From contig CAZYIA010000003.1 of NCBI GenBank assembly GCA_964646765.1, positions 130,815 to 194,814 on the forward strand: a stretch of 64,000 nt of DNA, in the 5' to 3' direction. The position numbers and the translations under genes are program-made. The notes beneath the pieces are model-generated. The model made no database searches. It was given only the letters and a program-made list of their open reading frames with translations, and had not been told where the DNA came from. How positions within the stretch are numbered: the stretch's first letter is position 1; the number at the start of each line of letters is the position of its first letter. The stretch comes from an uncultured Candidatus Saccharibacteria bacterium (lineage in GTDB: Bacteria > Patescibacteriota > Minisyncoccia > Phycocordibacterales > UBA9973). Shown here piece after piece: positions 29,481-37,030 of this stretch.

Positions 29481-29966
29481 ATGAATAATAATTCAAAAGT
29501 TATTTGGATCCTTGTCGGTCTCATTATTGTTGTCGTTATCATTGGACTTGTTCTAAAAGGTAAAGGTCAACAGCCTACCGATACTTCAGGAACTCAGGGA
29601 GATCAGAGCTCGGTAACACAGGAGCCTCAGTCAACTGAGGACCAGAGTGCAGGAAGTGTTAATGCTTCAAATACTGCTTCTCTTACGTATGAAAATGCAG
29701 TTGCTAAGTATATGGATAGACGAATCCAATTTGGTCCAGACTGTATCGCACGTCCAAACATTGTGACGTATAAAGACAATACGGGTATCATGCTTGATAA
29801 CCGTTCAAATCAGTCGCGTACATTTACTTTCGGTACCACGCCATATACGATTAAGGCATGGGGCTTCAAAATTGTAACGTTGCCAGATACCTATAAGACC
29901 GCGAAAACTATCTACGTTGATTGTGGTAAACAACTCAATGCTGCAACCATTATTATTCAAGAGTAA
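29481..29966 (+). CDS. Hypothetical small secreted/membrane-anchored protein
   Basis: 161 aa with an N-terminal TM helix and a Gln/Ser/Thr-rich linker. Confidence 0.4.
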   Translation: MNNNSKVIWILVGLIIVVVIIGLVLKGKGQQPTDTSGTQGDQSSVTQEPQSTEDQSAGSVNASNTASLTYENAVAKYMDRRIQFGPDCIARPNIVTYKDNTGIMLDNRSNQSRTFTFGTTPYTIKAWGFKIVTLPDTYKTAKTIYVDCGKQLNAATIIIQE

Positions 29967-29985
29967 GCTTTCTTGAGTAATAAAC

Positions 29986-30017
29986 TAAAAACACCCGAAA
30001 GGGTGTTTTTAGTTTTT
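29986..30017 (+). terminator. Rho-independent terminator
   Basis: AAAAACACCCGAAAGGGTGTTTTTAGTTTTT. Confidence 0.7.
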
Positions 30018-30068
30018 GGTGAGAAAAAAGTTATCTTTTCTGTATCTATGGTATGGGAGAGTATTTTC

Positions 30069-31469
30069 ATGAAGAGGGAATTTATTTTTGTGCTGATGTT
30101 GCTTTTAGTAGGTGCTATGCTGCCATTAAAAGCCTTTGCTGCGCCAACAATAACCGAAATAATGTATGACCTTGAGGGAACGGATACAAATCGAGAATGG
30201 ATAGAAGTTTGTAACGAAGGTGATAGCGTTTCACTTTCAGGCTGGAAATTTAATGATGGTTCTAACCACGGTATTAATGAACCAGGAACAAATGGCTCAG
30301 TAGGAAGTATAGAGCTTAATTCACATAGCTGTCTTATACTTGCCGCTAATGCAACAACTTTTCTTTCCGAGCATATTGGTTTTTCTGGTACTGTGCTCGA
30401 TACCGTGATGAATTTAAATAATACTGAAGATACACTTTCACTCATTGACGATCAGGGAGCTGTGGTGGCTAGTGCGGAATACTCAAACAGTATGGGGGCT
30501 GTAGGCGACGGTCTGAGTTTACAATGGGTTGGTGGCACTTTTGTTCCACGAACACCGACACCGGGAAGTGTAGCCAGTGGTGAGGAGCCGCCCACTACTT
30601 CCGATACCCAAGCTTCTTTTACGGTAAGTATTGATCAAAATGCCAAGCCGGTAGAACCGCCAAAAATTCCTACTCCGAAAATTGAACTTTCAGTTGGTGA
30701 TCGTGTACTGCGCGGAACTCCAATTGTCTTCGATACAAAAGTATATGACGCTTCTGGTTCTATTCGAACAAGTGGGTACTTTAAATATAACTTTGGTAAT
30801 GGTGAAATCTACGAGAGTGAAAATCCGACACCGCCAACATATACCTATCGCTACGCGGGTGATTACCTGCTGACCATTTCGTATGCTTTGAGTCGGTACG
30901 TTACAACGCCTGAGGTAACCTTTACAAAAACAATCACTGCATACGATCCGACCATTGCGATTTCACTAATGCCTCCTGATGGTATTACCTTGGAAAATAC
31001 ATCAAAACAAGACGTCGATCTTTCAGGATTTATTCTTCGCGTTAGTTCACCGTATCATCTAGTAACCCTGCCACGTATAGTTATTCGGGCAGGGAAAAGC
31101 ATTACTCTTGCACCAACAATTACTGGGCTTGGTTTGGATAAGGGACAAGTGATCACCCTTTTTGATCCGAGTGGCAGAGAGGTTGCTCGTTTTGAAGAAG
31201 CTGTATTGCCTAAAGCTGAAAATGAAATGGCCCCTAAAATACAAACCGCGGCTGTTTCGTATAGAATGCCAGCGACAACAGAAATAGTATCTAGCCCTGA
31301 TCCAGTAAAATCTCTTCAAAAGCCCAAAAATGAGCACAATGTACTTTGGACTATTTTTGCCTTAGCGCTGGCTGCGCTTGGTGGGTTAAGTGTGTGGTAC
31401 TTACGGGGTGAAAGGAAAGAGATCCACCATGAAGCCGATGCATTTACCATTCAGGAAATCACTGAATAA
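30069..31469 (+). CDS. Secreted lamin-tail-domain (LTD) protein with a PKD-like domain and a C-terminal membrane anchor
   Basis: Signal peptide; LTD-like ITEIMYDLEGTDTNREWIEVCNEGDSVSLSGWKF; PKD-like YDASGS...YTYRYAGDY; and a C-terminal TM helix (WTIFALALAALGGLSVWYL). The start was moved past the terminator to ATG 30069. Confidence 0.5.
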   Translation: MKREFIFVLMLLLVGAMLPLKAFAAPTITEIMYDLEGTDTNREWIEVCNEGDSVSLSGWKFNDGSNHGINEPGTNGSVGSIELNSHSCLILAANATTFLSEHIGFSGTVLDTVMNLNNTEDTLSLIDDQGAVVASAEYSNSMGAVGDGLSLQWVGGTFVPRTPTPGSVASGEEPPTTSDTQASFTVSIDQNAKPVEPPKIPTPKIELSVGDRVLRGTPIVFDTKVYDASGSIRTSGYFKYNFGNGEIYESENPTPPTYTYRYAGDYLLTISYALSRYVTTPEVTFTKTITAYDPTIAISLMPPDGITLENTSKQDVDLSGFILRVSSPYHLVTLPRIVIRAGKSITLAPTITGLGLDKGQVITLFDPSGREVARFEEAVLPKAENEMAPKIQTAAVSYRMPATTEIVSSPDPVKSLQKPKNEHNVLWTIFALALAALGGLSVWYLRGERKEIHHEADAFTIQEITE

Positions 31470-31544
31470 CCCTATATTTTTATGGGTAGCATGGTATACT
31501 TTCCCGAGGTCACACATTTAGTAATTACTGATTAGTTGTATTCT

Positions 31545-32009
31545 ATGAACACTATTCTTATAGTAAACGCTCTTACCGCACTTGGGGGAACTGTTGTCTC
31601 ACTTCTCCTTGGCATGGTGTGGTACTCACAAAAGTTTTTTGGCAAGACATGGATGGAATTTAACGGCATGGATATGTCGGTGATGCAGGATCCAGCCAAA
31701 ATGGCTGAAGCAAAAAAGGGAATGGGGGCAACATTTGCTCTTGCAGCACTTGCATCCTTTGTTATGTTCTTTGTTTTTGCTTTTATGGCAGTATTTATCG
31801 GTCAACTCAATTTCTTGGGTGTGCTTGTTTTTAGTGCCGTACTTTGGCTTGGATTTGCAGTACCGATGTCTGCAAGTACTGTGCTCTGGAGTGGTAAGTC
31901 AAAAAAGATGAAGGGAAAAATGTTTCTCATCTCTAGTGGCTACTACCTCATTACATTCTTGGTAACAGGTATTATCTGGGTTCTCATCTACCCACATTTC
32001 TTCTTCTAA
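31545..32009 (+). CDS. Hypothetical multi-pass membrane protein
   Basis: ~155 aa with four predicted TM helices. Confidence 0.4.
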   Translation: MNTILIVNALTALGGTVVSLLLGMVWYSQKFFGKTWMEFNGMDMSVMQDPAKMAEAKKGMGATFALAALASFVMFFVFAFMAVFIGQLNFLGVLVFSAVLWLGFAVPMSASTVLWSGKSKKMKGKMFLISSGYYLITFLVTGIIWVLIYPHFFF

Positions 32010-32017
32010 AGAAAAGT

Positions 32018-32052
32018 AAAAAACTCCCGGCTTCGGCCGGGAGTTTTTCGTT
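32018..32052 (+). terminator. Rho-independent terminator
   Basis: AAAAACTCCCGGCTTCGGCCGGGAGTTTTTCGTT. Confidence 0.7.
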
Positions 32053-32070
32053 ATGCTATGCTAAAGGAGT

Positions 32071-32880
32071 ATGCAAGAGAAACAATTATGGTTTAGAGCA
32101 AAACGATATGGTTGGGGCTGGTATCCAGTTACTTGGCAAGGTTGGATTATTCTTCTACTTTTTGTCGCAGTGTACGGTTTAAACGTAGTTTTTTTCACTG
32201 GCAGAGGTACTGAACCAACAAATAGTGAACTTTTTTGGTTTCTTGTTCGCACGGTAGTTTTGGTTGGCACACTTATCTATGTATGTTATCGACATGGTGA
32301 GACACCAGGCTGGCGATGGGGAGAAGAAAAAGAAGAACAGATTGCTATCTTCACCAGCGAAGGAAAACCCACTGGCAGTATTGCCAATTTCTCCGAGGTG
32401 CATGCCAAAGGTCTTTGGCATGAGACGGTGCACATTTGGATTGTGACGCCAGAGAAAAAGATTTTGATGCAGAAGCGTTCCGGAAAGAAAAATGCTGGTG
32501 GAGGGGAATGGGATAATCATGGCGGCCATATTGCGGCAGGTGAAACACCAGAAGCAGCGATTATTCGCGAAGTGAAGGAAGAGATTGGACTTACACTAAC
32601 AAAGAATATTCTCAAGCGAACAATTCGTTATAGTAAAAGTCACTCATATAAAAATAATACCTTTATTGAAAACGAGCATATCAATGTTTTTATTGCCGAG
32701 GTTTCAGTAGCTCTTTCTGATCTCAAACTTGATCGGAATGAGGTTTCTGACGCCCAACTCTTTACACTTCCCGAGCTTTCCGTAGGTAAAGCATCTGATG
32801 GTTCCATAATTGGTATGTCTGCAAAAGAATATCAGGTACTACTTGCGTATCTCTCTAGCGAAAAAAATGGCAACGCGTAA
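32071..32880 (+). CDS. Nudix hydrolase with an N-terminal membrane domain
   Basis: Two or three N-terminal TM helices, then a Nudix box GGHIAAGETPEAAIIREVKEEIGL. Confidence 0.65.
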   Translation: MQEKQLWFRAKRYGWGWYPVTWQGWIILLLFVAVYGLNVVFFTGRGTEPTNSELFWFLVRTVVLVGTLIYVCYRHGETPGWRWGEEKEEQIAIFTSEGKPTGSIANFSEVHAKGLWHETVHIWIVTPEKKILMQKRSGKKNAGGGEWDNHGGHIAAGETPEAAIIREVKEEIGLTLTKNILKRTIRYSKSHSYKNNTFIENEHINVFIAEVSVALSDLKLDRNEVSDAQLFTLPELSVGKASDGSIIGMSAKEYQVLLAYLSSEKNGNA

Positions 32881-33568
32881 AACAAAACAAGAGCTCGCGG
32901 CTATTGCCAAAGCTTGCCAAATTACTGACGCTATTTTTTCGCGCATCGTTTCAGGACTAAAGATAGGGAAGTGGAGGACAGAACGAGAGCTATACAATTT
33001 TATTAAACAAGAAATTTCTGCACGAAATTTGAAACCAAGTTTTAATCCAATTGTGGTTTCTGGTCCACATGCGGGCAATGAAATTCATCCAAAAGTAACT
33101 GACGCTAAACTACAAGGCTTTTTGATTTTAGACTTTGGAGTTATATATAAAAGCCAAATGTCGGACATGACACGCACTGTCTATCTTGGTAGACCGTCAC
33201 CAAAAGAGAAGGCCCTTTATAATTTGCTTTTAAAGTCACAAACCCAAAGCATGGCACTTTTGGTGCCAGGGGCTAAATGTTTTTTAGCTGATCTGTACGC
33301 TCGGCATGTTCTCGGTCGCTACTCGAAGTATTTTATTCATACGCTTGGTCATGGGGTAGGAAGTCGAATTCATGAAGCCCCTCGGATTTTCACGAAACGC
33401 ACAAGGCCGTATGTATACGAAAACATGGCTCTTACTGTTGAACCTGGAATCTACATTAAAAACAAACTTGGTATGCGGATAGAGGATACCTGTGCGATTA
33501 CTAAGAATGGCCCGGTGCCGCTTACAGTTTCTCCTAAGGAACTTCTCATTTTTCCTCTCCCACGCTAG
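32867..33568 (+). CDS. M24 family metallopeptidase (methionine/Xaa-Pro aminopeptidase-like, catalytic domain only)
   Basis: HTLGHGVGSRIHEAP and D...D-type metal ligands in a ~230-aa pita-bread-fold-sized protein. The start was moved to ATG 32867. Confidence 0.55.
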   Translation: MATRKTKQELAAIAKACQITDAIFSRIVSGLKIGKWRTERELYNFIKQEISARNLKPSFNPIVVSGPHAGNEIHPKVTDAKLQGFLILDFGVIYKSQMSDMTRTVYLGRPSPKEKALYNLLLKSQTQSMALLVPGAKCFLADLYARHVLGRYSKYFIHTLGHGVGSRIHEAPRIFTKRTRPYVYENMALTVEPGIYIKNKLGMRIEDTCAITKNGPVPLTVSPKELLIFPLPR

Positions 33569-33583
33569 AAATCCTAGCCCCGT

Positions 33584-34261
33584 TTGCTATACTTTTCTCT
33601 AATGGAACAAACAACATATCGTCTCAGTATTCGAACTCTTTTTGGTAGTGCTTGGGAACACTTTAAAACCCGACCATGGTTTTTTATCGGCATTACACTC
33701 TTTACTATTATTCTCTCGACAGTATTTCAAGATGCCGCTGACCGAGTAAAGGAAATGAGTCCGTTGGTTGCCTTCTTTTTCTCTTTGGCGACATTTTTTA
33801 TTGAAACCCTCGTGATGATGGGCTATTACTCAATTCTCATGCGATCACTTGGAGGAAGTAAGCCAGAATTCTCAGAGTTATTTACGGCGAGTCCGAGCTT
33901 TTGGTATTTTTTGGTAACCACAATACTTTTTGGCGCAGCTGTCGTTGGTGGTTTTATATTGCTCATTATTCCAGGATTTATGGCGCTTTCTGCTTGGTGC
34001 CTTGCTACACTTATTGTGATTGATACAGGAAAGAAACCAGTTGTTGCTTTTCGCGAAAGTGCTCGTCTAACGAAAGGAATACGACTACAAATGTTACGAT
34101 TTATTATTGTTACCGGCATTATTAACTGCATTGGGGCCCTCTTATTTGGTATTGGTTTATTGGTGACGTATCCAGTTTCTTTCTTGGCTTCAATTCTTCT
34201 GTATCGTGAACTTTCTGTCCATAGAGCAGTTTCCTTGCCTGAGGAAACAAAAACATCGTAA
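33584..34261 (+). CDS. Hypothetical multi-pass membrane protein
   Basis: 225 aa with 5-6 TM helices. Confidence 0.4.
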   Translation: MLYFSLMEQTTYRLSIRTLFGSAWEHFKTRPWFFIGITLFTIILSTVFQDAADRVKEMSPLVAFFFSLATFFIETLVMMGYYSILMRSLGGSKPEFSELFTASPSFWYFLVTTILFGAAVVGGFILLIIPGFMALSAWCLATLIVIDTGKKPVVAFRESARLTKGIRLQMLRFIIVTGIINCIGALLFGIGLLVTYPVSFLASILLYRELSVHRAVSLPEETKTS

Positions 34262-34263
34262 GT

Positions 34264-35169
34264 ATGATTCGTTTTGTCGCTATTATTTTCAGTATCATTC
34301 TGCCGCTTCAGGTTTCTGCGGCAGTTCTTACTGATCCAAATACTGGTGTGCATCCGACATCAGTTTTTTACGATAACTCTACTACGCTGAATAATGGTGT
34401 TATTAAGGAAGGCGTTATTTCAGAAGTTAAGGCTCCGGAAGTCGAAAAACGAAAACTAGTAGAACCACTTCTGCTTGATGTCGCTGGCGTGGGAACAACC
34501 TGTACCGTGAACACACCAGTCATTGAAGCTTGGCAACTGGATCCAAATGTTTCTATAACGACAAAAGACCAGTTACGCCAGGTGCTTGAAGGTGCAGTTT
34601 CGCACGATGAACGGCTTCGTCAGGTAAGCATTGTTGATAATCGCATTGATCTCTATTACCTAATGCCGGCATATCGATTGCGTATCATCCCGGTTAATTA
34701 TCAACTGCATATAGTTGCTGATAGCAATACCTTTCGGATGAGTCTTGAAAATCCAAAGTGGGTTGCCGGAGTACCTAATAAGCACGCCATTGTTTCAGCA
34801 GCTTTTGCTGAGTATGTTCCACAATTACTTAGCCAGGAAACGGTAACGGCGTATAAAGATGCACCACTTGCCATGAGAGATGCAAAACTTATCGAGGTGA
34901 TCACGAGTGTTATGTATCACGTTGATGTTATGCCTCATGGAGGCACGTTCTTCTCGTGCTATATTTTGCCATTCTTGGTGTATATCATTGGGGCGCTCAT
35001 TATTTTGATCTTTCTCTTGTGGTTTATTATCCGACGTACTCGTCGATTGCGTGCTCGCCAAAAAATTCTTGGTCTTTCTATGAATGAAGAAAACGACGAA
35101 GAGAATGATGATAGTGAAGGAGGATATCCACCGAGAGTTCACTACGTTCCCGGACGGCCTGATCAATAA
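34264..35169 (+). CDS. Hypothetical type-I membrane protein (signal peptide, ectodomain, C-terminal TM, Arg-rich/acidic cytoplasmic tail)
   Basis: Signal peptide IIFSIILPLQVSAA and a C-terminal TM helix, followed by RRTRRLRARQK and an acidic tail. Confidence 0.4.
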   Translation: MIRFVAIIFSIILPLQVSAAVLTDPNTGVHPTSVFYDNSTTLNNGVIKEGVISEVKAPEVEKRKLVEPLLLDVAGVGTTCTVNTPVIEAWQLDPNVSITTKDQLRQVLEGAVSHDERLRQVSIVDNRIDLYYLMPAYRLRIIPVNYQLHIVADSNTFRMSLENPKWVAGVPNKHAIVSAAFAEYVPQLLSQETVTAYKDAPLAMRDAKLIEVITSVMYHVDVMPHGGTFFSCYILPFLVYIIGALIILIFLLWFIIRRTRRLRARQKILGLSMNEENDEENDDSEGGYPPRVHYVPGRPDQ

Positions 35170-35206
35170 TTTTTTACTGCCAACGCTATCATGGTAGACT
35201 CACTTT

Positions 35207-35695
35207 ATGGATTGTTTTTTGTGTAATGCTGTAGCAAGTCCCGGCGAGCTTTTTGCGGAGAACCAGTTTTTTGCTGCTCGCTTTGATGCCCATCCGGTAA
35301 CTCCTGGTCACGTGCTTATTTTCCCGAAAGATCACACCCTTTCGTTTTTCGATATTCCAGCCGAAGCTTATCCATACCTACACGATAGTATTACTAAAGC
35401 AAAACAGACAATTGAGGCAGTCGGCTTTGAAGAACTCTACCTTCGCATGAAAGAAGCATATCCAGAACGAGAAAAAGCCACTCAGTATATTGAATCTATG
35501 CTCGCTTCACCATTTTTAAAACGAAAACCAGAAGGCTACACTATTGGAGTAAATAATGGGGAAGTTGCCGGCCAAACGGTGCCCCATGTCCACATGCATC
35601 TTATCCCACGATATCGCGGAGATGTTATTGATCCTCGTGGAGGTGTGCGTACCGTAATCCCAGCTCTCGGTAATTATCGTATCTATGGAAATTAA
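35207..35695 (+). CDS. HIT family (histidine triad) nucleotide hydrolase/transferase
   Basis: N-terminal C-x-x-C (MDCFLCN) and the histidine triad PHVHMHLIP. Confidence 0.75.
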   Translation: MDCFLCNAVASPGELFAENQFFAARFDAHPVTPGHVLIFPKDHTLSFFDIPAEAYPYLHDSITKAKQTIEAVGFEELYLRMKEAYPEREKATQYIESMLASPFLKRKPEGYTIGVNNGEVAGQTVPHVHMHLIPRYRGDVIDPRGGVRTVIPALGNYRIYGN

Positions 35696-36992
35696 TCTTG
35701 CTGACATAAAACAAGTTCATATTATCGGTATTGGGGGTATTGGTATTTCGGCGTTAGCCCAGTTTTTGCTTTCGCGAGGGAAAAAGGTGACGGGAAATGA
35801 TTTGGATGCATTTCCAATGGTAACCTACCTTCGCAAGAAAGGAGTACATATTGAAGTGGGAAGTGATGCGAAAGTTATTCCAGAAGGTACTGATCTTATT
35901 ATGTATAGCGTTGCTTGGACTACGCTTGGCCCAGAACTTTTATCCTACGCCAAAACACTTGGCGTTCCCGTACTTTCATATCCAGAAATGCTGCAAGTAA
36001 TTTCAGGAAAAATGCGCACGATTGCGGTTTCTGGTTCACATGGAAAAACAACAACTACAGCCATGGTTGCGCATCTTCTTATTGAAGCAAAACTTGATCC
36101 AACCGTTATTGTCGGTTCGATTATGAAGGAAACTGGCAGTAACTTTCGAGGAGGGAAGAGTGATTATTTTATCGTTGAAGCCGATGAGTATCGTCGTGCT
36201 TTTTTAAATCTCACACCGCAGATTTTAGTTATTACCAATATTGATCTTGATCATCTCGATTACTATCGTGATATCTCGGATATTAAGAGTGCCTATCGAG
36301 AGCTTATTGCTAAAATGCCAAAATCTGGTGTCGTTATTTGTGATCCTGGGAACCAATATGTGCATGAAGTAGTTACTGGAATTCCGCAAAAAGTTGTTGA
36401 CTATCGCACATTTTTAAAACCTCGCCAGCTTCGTCAGCCAGGACATCATTATCAAATGGATGCCGCGGCAGCATGCGCTGTTTTGGAAGAGCTCGGTATT
36501 CCACCTGAAGAAAGTGATCCAATTATTGAAACGTTTCCTGGTACTGCACGACGAATGGAAGAGCGCGGCGTTCTTCCAAATGGAGCACTCGTAATTGATG
36601 ACTATGCTCATCATCCAACTGAAATTAAAGCAACAATTGCTGCGCTACGAGAACGATTTCCACTCGTTACGTCACGCATCGTTATTCTTTTCCAGCCGCA
36701 TCTGTATTCTCGTACCCGTACGTTATGGGAAGGTTTTATAAAAGCTTTTCAAGGTGTTGATATTGTATGCCTCTTACCAATTTATGCCGCTCGCGAATCG
36801 GCAGATGGCGCGACTACTTCAGAACGGTTAGGAGATGCAATGAGCGCCCATAACGAAAATGTGCATGTATTCTCTTCATTTGAAGAAGCTGAATCAGCCT
36901 TACGAGCAATGAAGCTTGGTCCTAAAGACGTTATTGTCACCATGGGCGCAGGTGAAGCAAATCTTGTAGGCGACAAGCTTCTTGGCCGATAG
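35685..36992 (+). CDS. murC: Mur ligase family protein, MurC-like (UDP-N-acetylmuramate--L-alanine ligase)
   Basis: N-terminal VHIIGIGGIGISALAQFL (Rossmann) and AVSGSHGKTTTTAM (P-loop). Confidence 0.55.
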   Translation: MEINLADIKQVHIIGIGGIGISALAQFLLSRGKKVTGNDLDAFPMVTYLRKKGVHIEVGSDAKVIPEGTDLIMYSVAWTTLGPELLSYAKTLGVPVLSYPEMLQVISGKMRTIAVSGSHGKTTTTAMVAHLLIEAKLDPTVIVGSIMKETGSNFRGGKSDYFIVEADEYRRAFLNLTPQILVITNIDLDHLDYYRDISDIKSAYRELIAKMPKSGVVICDPGNQYVHEVVTGIPQKVVDYRTFLKPRQLRQPGHHYQMDAAAACAVLEELGIPPEESDPIIETFPGTARRMEERGVLPNGALVIDDYAHHPTEIKATIAALRERFPLVTSRIVILFQPHLYSRTRTLWEGFIKAFQGVDIVCLLPIYAARESADGATTSERLGDAMSAHNENVHVFSSFEEAESALRAMKLGPKDVIVTMGAGEANLVGDKLLGR

Positions 36993-37030
36993 CGTTCGCG
37001 TTTAAGTAGGGAGAAGGTACAATAGAACGC

